Part shown: positions 56,945-64,000 of the stretch, one piece after another
Layout: every line of letters begins with the position of its first letter
How positions within the stretch are numbered: position 1 is the stretch's first letter
Origin: Eledone cirrhosa
Taxonomy: Eukaryota
Assembly (NCBI GenBank): GCA_964016885.1
Contig: OZ024743.1
Span: forward strand, 78,244,001 to 78,308,000
Reading direction: 5' to 3'
Length of the DNA: 64,000 nucleotides
Made by a program: the position numbers and the translations under genes
The notes under the pieces: generated by a model
What the model was told of the DNA's origin: nothing
Database searches by the model: none
Seen by the model: only the letters and a program-made list of their open reading frames with translations

Positions 56945-57508
56945 TAAATAACTAAAAGTGTTCCTTACATAGCCCGGAAAGTGTTTTGGGGGGTAAGTTC
57001 ACGTCATAGTTCTTTCTTCGCAAAACGCGTGTTTTGATTTTGCAGTAGGTCAAGGGAGGTAACTCTGGCTGATGTTAGGGCAGTCTTTCCCGGACAAATT
57101 TTTTATCCGTTACAAGATGTGGTTACAACCCTACCATTGTCGATATGCACAGGGTCAGGTAATCAACGCTTATTTTGAGACGTTTGTTAACTGCACCTGC
57201 CCGCCTGAGTCATTTGAAGCTGGGTCTGGGATGTATGGTTAGTTTCCGGATGCTTTTTGCAGCGTCTGCCCGCCGGGGTGTTTAAAGCTTGTTGCAGGGA
57301 GACCCGGTACACGGTTTCACTCCTCATCCTTATCCCATCTGAAGAAGGATATTTTTAAGCGATGTGTACAGCTTACCGTCGTTTCGTGGGACGAAACATT
57401 GTAGGCTAATAAAGACTTTTGATGTATTGAAGGCTTCTTTGTCTATTTTTATAATATATATATATATGTATGTATATGTACGTATGTATATATGTGTGTG
57501 TGTATGTA

Positions 57509-57542
<34 letters not shown>

Positions 57543-57963
57543 AATGCGTGTGTATGTGTTTGTATGTGTGTGTGTATATATGTGTGTGTGTATGTGTTTG
57601 TATGTATATTTATGTGTGTGAGTTTATTTATGTTTATATTATATTTATATATGGTTCTATGTATGTGTTTACGTATATAGTTGTGTGTATGCGGTTGTAT
57701 ATATGCTTTTGTCTTTGTCTGTATAGTCTTACGTATGGTTTTGTATGCGTGTGTTGATTTCTTATTACGTGAGAGTGCGCGCACACATGTGTATACGTTT
57801 GTACGTAGGTTTTGTACCAATGCTCTTTTTCGTAGAGTTTTGTGTGTGTTAGTATATTTGGTTGTATGCATGTTTTTATATACGTGTGTATGCGTGTTTA
57901 TGTGTATGCGTGTATATGTATTTTTGCACGCTTGTGGATGTGTACGTATGTTTATTTTATATT

Positions 57964-58004
<41 letters not shown>

Positions 58005-58129
58005 GTATATACACATACATTTGTGTATGTGTTTTTATACGTGTGTATGAGTATTTTTGCATCTTGCTGTGTGTGTGTGCGTGTGTATGTATGCATGTGT
58101 GTATACATATATATATATTTATGTATATA

Positions 58130-58194
<65 letters not shown>

Positions 58195-58198
<4 letters not shown>

Positions 58199-61100
58199 AG
58201 AGTATTGAAGTTTGCTTGAAGCATTGTGGAACAATAAGTAAATATTTATAAGTCGTTTGGAAGCCTCGACAATGCAAATGGGTAAATCTCCGGGTAACAA
58301 GGTCCGGTGGTGGAGAGAGAGATATGTAAGTGGGTGTACGTTGAGATGCGTGGTGTGTATAATATGTGTGAGATGTGTAGAATGAAGGGAAGAGTAAAAG
58401 AATAAAAATAATAATAACAACACAAGAGAGAGAGAGTTATCTTGGGAGAGATTTAATAGTCCCTATATATTTCGGATTCACATCCATCAACTGGGGTTTT
58501 TTCCGGGGTGGGGAAAAGGTTTGTCTGTCGGACAACTCGGAACGCGTCTTTCGCTGTTTGTTGATTTGAATATCTGAGGTATTCGGCCGAGCGCGCATAC
58601 GCGTGAAATGGGGTCGGTCTTACAGAGGTCAGCGGCCGAATGAGGGAGTGGGATGGCGCTAGCTGTCAGTCCATTTTCTGCCTGTTTGTTAAATGTTACT
58701 GTGTGTGTGTGTGCGTGTGTTGTTGTCTTGCTTGAGTGTGTGTGTGTGTGCGTGTCTTGTTGCCTTGTTCATCTGTATTGGCAGTGTAGTATGTTCGTAT
58801 GGTGGAATGCTACTGTGTGTGCGTGTGTGTGTGTAGTTATCTCGTTTGCGTGTGTGTGTGTGTGCGTGTGTTGTGTGTTGTTGCATCGCTTGTTAACTTA
58901 AACCAGCCATTTCATTTCGCTTCTCTCTAATCGGTTGTTTATTTGCGGTTGCAGTTGTTTGATAAGAAGCGCTTCCTTAATACGTAACGTGCCGACGTTT
59001 CTTTCAGTCGCTAGAATTGTGACAATGGGCCTTCCGTCTTTGTTTCCGCATTTGTCTATGTGTTTCCGGAAAGACGAGGCCCTGGTTTTAATGTGTTCCT
59101 TGATCCGGATGTGCAAAGGTCGAATTGTGCTACCTATGTAGTATTGGTTGCACCTGTCACATTCTATCTTATACACGACGTATGTGCGTAGGAAACAGTT
59201 AGCATGGCGTATCGGGCAGTCTCTGAGGGAGCATGCGTCAGTAGATTTTTCGGGTTTCCTGGAGAGGCATCTTCGCAGGGAGGGGCCCGAGTGCGCCAGG
59301 TGGATGTCGAGGCCCTCCCTCCGTATAGCCTTGCGGATAGCGTTGGTGGTTTTCTCGCCCAGGTGTGGCATTTTAAGGAAGCACTTGCCTTGGGTGCTTC
59401 TCTGTCTCTTGCGTCTAGTGTCTCCTATTCTGTCTGTGATCGAGGTAGGGTACCCGTTCGTCTCCAGCACCTCGAGGAATCGCTTGGTATGAGTGACACC
59501 ACTGGCGGGATCGCTGCATCTGTTTTTGATTCGCGCGATCTCGTTCGTGATGTATCCTCTTTTGGCACTGTTAGGGAGGGCGGACTTGTAGTGAACGAAT
59601 AGGTCCCTGCAGGCTGCCTTTCTGTAGAAGTTGCAGTGGATCCCTCCTTGTTCCGTGATGTTGATTCGGACGTCGAGGAGGGCAAGTGACCCGTCTTCGT
59701 TGGGGTGTTCAACACTGAAGTCAATGTACTCGTCCGTGTTGTTGAACGTCTCATAGATTCTGTTCGCCGTGTCTTGGGAAGATGTGAGGATGAGGATATC
59801 GTCCACGTATCTTGAAAAAAAGGCTACAGCGTTGGGGTGGCAGGCGTTGAGAGCCTTTCGTTCGAGGTTGTCCATGTAGGAGATCGCTAGCACACCTGAT
59901 AGACTTGATCCCATGGGCAATCCCGAGGTTTGTTGGTATATTTGGTCAAGGAATCCGAAGTAGGTGTTGTCGACGACGATGGATAGGAGTTGGTGGATGT
60001 CAGTGGTGGTGAGCCCGAAGCAGTGTAGGTCGGTGGATTGGACGCGTTCCATTAGTATATTGACGGCCGGGAGATCCGGGACCGAGGTGTAGAGAGCGAC
60101 TACATCAAGGCTGAAGGCATATCTGTTATTCTTTCTGGTGTCGGGATCCATTTGATGCAGGCGCTTCAACACCTCCTCGGAGCTGTTAACGTGTCCCGGC
60201 AAGGTGTCTAAGATGGGTTTGAGTATTCTGGCTAGGAGCCATGAAATTTTGTAGAGTGGTCCCTCCACGCTCGATACGATGCGCCTGATTTTCAGGTCGG
60301 GTCCCTGTTTGTGTGTTTTCACGAGGTGGTAGAAGGCGGGTAGTCTGCTGTTCCTCGTGAGGAGGTTGTATCTCAGCTTCTTCGGGAGCTTCCGCCGGTC
60401 GCAGATGTTGGTCCAGGCGGAGTTGATGCGTTCTTCTATCTGCGCGGGAGTGATTCCCGTGACCTTGGAGTAGAGGTTGTCATCGTCAAGGTGTTGGAGG
60501 GCCAGGGTGTTGTATGCCTCTCTGCTGATGACGCAGAATTATTTTCCCTTGTCGGAGGGGAGATAGATGAGGTTCTTCGATTTTAGGTTGGAGAGTGGTG
60601 AGTTGAGATTTGGTGAGGTTATGTGTTGTGCGTGTGTGTGTGTGTTTGTGAAGTATATCCGAGATGGAGTGTTTTAGCATGATGAGTTTGGTGTCGAGTT
60701 CGTGGTTGGTGGGTGGGGGGTGGAGTGGGTTGTCGGGGTGGTAAGTGGGGAACTTGGGGTGGGTTGTGTCGGCGCTGTTATTATCTGTGGCGCTGTTGAT
60801 AGCGGTCACCCATTTAAGTTGGTAAGCGGCTCGACAAAAGTTGGCCTCGATGTTGAGTTTGAGTCTGTCGTCGAGACGTTGTGTGACGATGAACTTAGGT
60901 CCGAGGTGTAGGAGTTTCAGCTCGTCGCTCGTGAGAGTGCCGGTTAGGTCGGTGACCAGGTGCGTCGCATCGTTGAGGTATGGCTCGGTGTTGGTGGTAG
61001 CGGCGGTGTCGGTTGTTAAGTTGTTGTTTTCCACGTGGTTCTGGTCCGTCTGTTCGTTAGTGTCGATGTTCTCGTTGTGGCGTTTCGACAAGATCCACTC

Positions 61101-61716
61101 ATATTTTCGCTTGAGTCGTTTTTTCTCGTATTGGACTCTGGAGTGGTAGCACTGGTCGATTGCTTTAGTGATATTTAGGAGCAAGTCCCCGGGTGCTATT
61201 GGCAGTCGATGTGTCCGCTCTGAGAGTGTCCGCTTATGGAAGTGTAATTGGCGGTTGAGATGTCTCAGGATCTGTTTAATACACGTGCGATGTATGCGGT
61301 TAGTGGTGTTTTGGAAGGCTGGTGTACGTAGGCTTACTGGTAAGCGGATGTTCTTGATGGTGTTGGGGATGACATCGTTTTTTAGGCAGCGTTTCAGGAA
61401 AATAATTTGGCAGCCAGCGTTGGCCCATTTCTCCGACAGTCTAAACAGTTCCCTTACGGATGCAAACAATTCCTGGTTCAGGTGTAAGGATAAGAGAGTA
61501 TTGAAGTTTGCTTGAAGCATTGTGGAACAATAAGTAAATATTTATAAGTCGTTTGGAAGCCTCGACAATGCAAATGGGTAAATCTCCGGGTAACAAGGTC
61601 CGGTGGTGGAGAGAGAGATATGTAAGTGGGTGTACGTTGAGATGCGTGGTGTGTATAAGATGTGTGAGATGTGTAGAATGAAGGGAAGAGTAAAAGAATA
61701 AAAATAATAATAACAA
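58195..61716 (-). mobile_element. Near-intact Penelope/Poseidon-type element with 226-bp direct repeats (58195-58420 / 61491-61716)
   Basis: ORF 61520-58898 with only a frameshift at ~60590 and TAA at ~60540; LDVVALYT, GLPMGS, RYVDD, VVYKIECDRCNQYYIGST; one mismatch seen between the repeats. Confidence 0.93.
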
Positions 61717-62010
61717 TAATAATAATGCACACCTTGCGTATTTGTTTATTTTTAATTGTTTTTATCCCCCCTCCTCCTCTCACTTATCGTTGTCAACACG
61801 TATCCTTTGTTTTTATTTTTTATTTTTTACTTTATATTTTTTGTTCTTATTCATTTATTTATTTAATATTATTACTTCATGTATATGTATGTGTATGTAT
61901 TTTGTCCATATCTGTAGATACATATACGCTTATGTGATAATGTATACGTCTATGTACTTTTTAAATATATGCACGTGGTTGAGAGTGTGTGTATGTTTAT
62001 ATATTTATTG

Positions 62011-62045
<35 letters not shown>

Positions 62046-62187
62046 TCTTTTTCTCTTCTACTTCGCCCGTTGTTTCCTCAGCCTCACCTTCATATTTCTT
62101 ATCATGTTTTATTCATTCTGACGACTGAAAACAGATATATCTGCTTTCACTGGTAAATGAAATAATTATCTTATTTTGTTTATCACA

Positions 62188-62235
<48 letters not shown>

Positions 62236-63165
62236 CGTGAGTGTGTGTGGCGTTGTCATTTGATGTTGTTGAAAAGGGGAGTGGCCTTGAGCCGGCAATA
62301 AAAACTGGAGACAAGGCACACACAGACACACACACAACTTTGTTTGTGTGTGTGTGTGTGTGTGTGTGTAAGTGCGCGCGCGCGTGTGTATATGTGTGTG
62401 TATCTATCTATGTATATATATATATATATAAGGGATACAGATATTGTTTGTCACCAAGCATCTCAATTCATTCGTTGCAATTTAGTTTGCGATCGAGGCA
62501 CTTTATTTTGCAAGGTACTATTTTTTCCCTCGAGTTTGTGATTCAAGAGAAACTCTTCATATTTTGCATCTTTTGTATTTTGACTTTACAGTTTGAATTG
62601 TAGAATTGTCTATCCACTCAAAATATTACAACAGGTAACAGTGAAATATAGAATTTAAAAAAAAAAGCTTTTTTGACTGAGATCAAATCTTTGAGAACAT
62701 TCACCTCTTTTTGTTTTTAAATATATAATTTGAAATAGCTTGTTTTGTTTTGGACTGAAACTTTTTTGGATTTAATTCGTACGAGTATTTTTTAAAGACC
62801 TTTTTAAAGATTCTAACATAACTTGATTTGGCCCAGTAATCTACTGATATTAAAACCAGTAGTATATTGAAAAATGAAAAAATAGGGGGGTGGGGGGCGT
62901 TTCCTGATTTTGAGGGGCAAAAGGGGACGTTTGGCCGAAATGGGTTGAGGACTTTGTCCTAACAGATAGTACGAACAATACGCGGATAATTTACATCTTG
63001 ATGTTGTAGCTAAGTATATTTTATGTTTATACCTTTATTTATTTGTATAGGTAAGTATACCTTACCGTATGTTTTGTGGAGGTAATATACTTTCTCGTAC
63101 GTATATATGTTTGTATTTGTTATAGGTGTATATATTATATGTATTGGTATGTGAGTATATGGTTA

Positions 63166-63196
<31 letters not shown>

Positions 63197-63246
63197 ATAT
63201 GTATGTATATGTATGTATATGTATATATGTATGTATATTATATATG

Positions 63247-63278
<32 letters not shown>

Positions 63279-63284
63279 TATGTA

Positions 63285-63404
<120 letters not shown>

Positions 63405-63558
63405 AAAGTTCTATTTAAAATTGTTGGGATACAACAAGTAAATAAGAAAGAGATGCATGGAGAAAAAAGAAAGAGATAAATAAAGACAGGAGGAAAGAAA
63501 AACTTGTTGACTTGAGTAAATATAATTTCTATTTTCAGGCCGTGCGTATATATATATA

Positions 63559-63713
63559 TGAAAACCAGCTGTCATAAGGCAAAAAGTATCGTAGTGTGTA
63601 TCAATTTTAAATTATAAAGATAAGCTAGTTTTTACAGTCTTATAATTTAACAGTCTATAATTTAAAATTGATACACACTACGATACTTTTTGCCTTATGA
63701 CAGCTGGTTTTCA
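63559..63713. repeat. Perfect 58-bp inverted repeat with 39-bp spacer
   Basis: 63559-63616 is the exact reverse complement of 63656-63713. Confidence 0.9.
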
Positions 63714-64000
63714 CGCCGTAACATTAGATACATTATATACCCCCCACCTAAGTAATGTCAGGGTCTCCTTAAATAGTTTATTGATAGCATAGTTGTAATT
63801 GTTGTTATTGTTCTAATTGAATGCCATAACTACTCCATATTACTATATGGAGTAGTTATTTTCTTTTCTTTTCTTGCCTGTGTATTTTCTTCATTCTCGC
63901 ATGCGCCGAAGATCTGACTGGTTATAATTCTGTATTGGCGATCGAGTAACGCAAAATTAAGCGGATAGCGATCTCTAGACATACCAGTTCAGTGAAACAA

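Overview
Eukaryotic, AT-rich, microsatellite-dense DNA that is almost entirely transposon-derived. The SINE/RTE tails ending (GAT)n and the (TA)n/(CA)n load look like octopus/cephalopod DNA (inference). No intact host gene is evident. Contents: several nested RTE LINEs, one CRE-clade and one CR1 LINE remnant, tRNA-derived SINEs, a young non-autonomous LTR element, a CsRn1-clade Ty3/Gypsy element, two head-to-head Helitrons, and at least six Penelope-like element (PLE) copies or fragments from different families. Most PLE ends carry type-I hammerhead ribozyme (HHR) motifs. Most notable: (1) the Gypsy element at 12084-17305 has INVERTED LTRs with two U3 ends facing outward (TATAAC...GTTATA), yet sits in a clean 4-bp TSD and has a scrambled integrase. 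(2) A set of PLE hammerheads including U3-A8 core variants and two with 60-83 nt structured stem-II inserts. (3) A compact 3.5-5.5 kb cassette of short, alternately oriented intronless ORFs (BACK-like, SGNH-like) with shared upstream motifs and an inverted repeat, possibly viral or large-transposon cargo. All alignments were done by eye; identity values are approximate.
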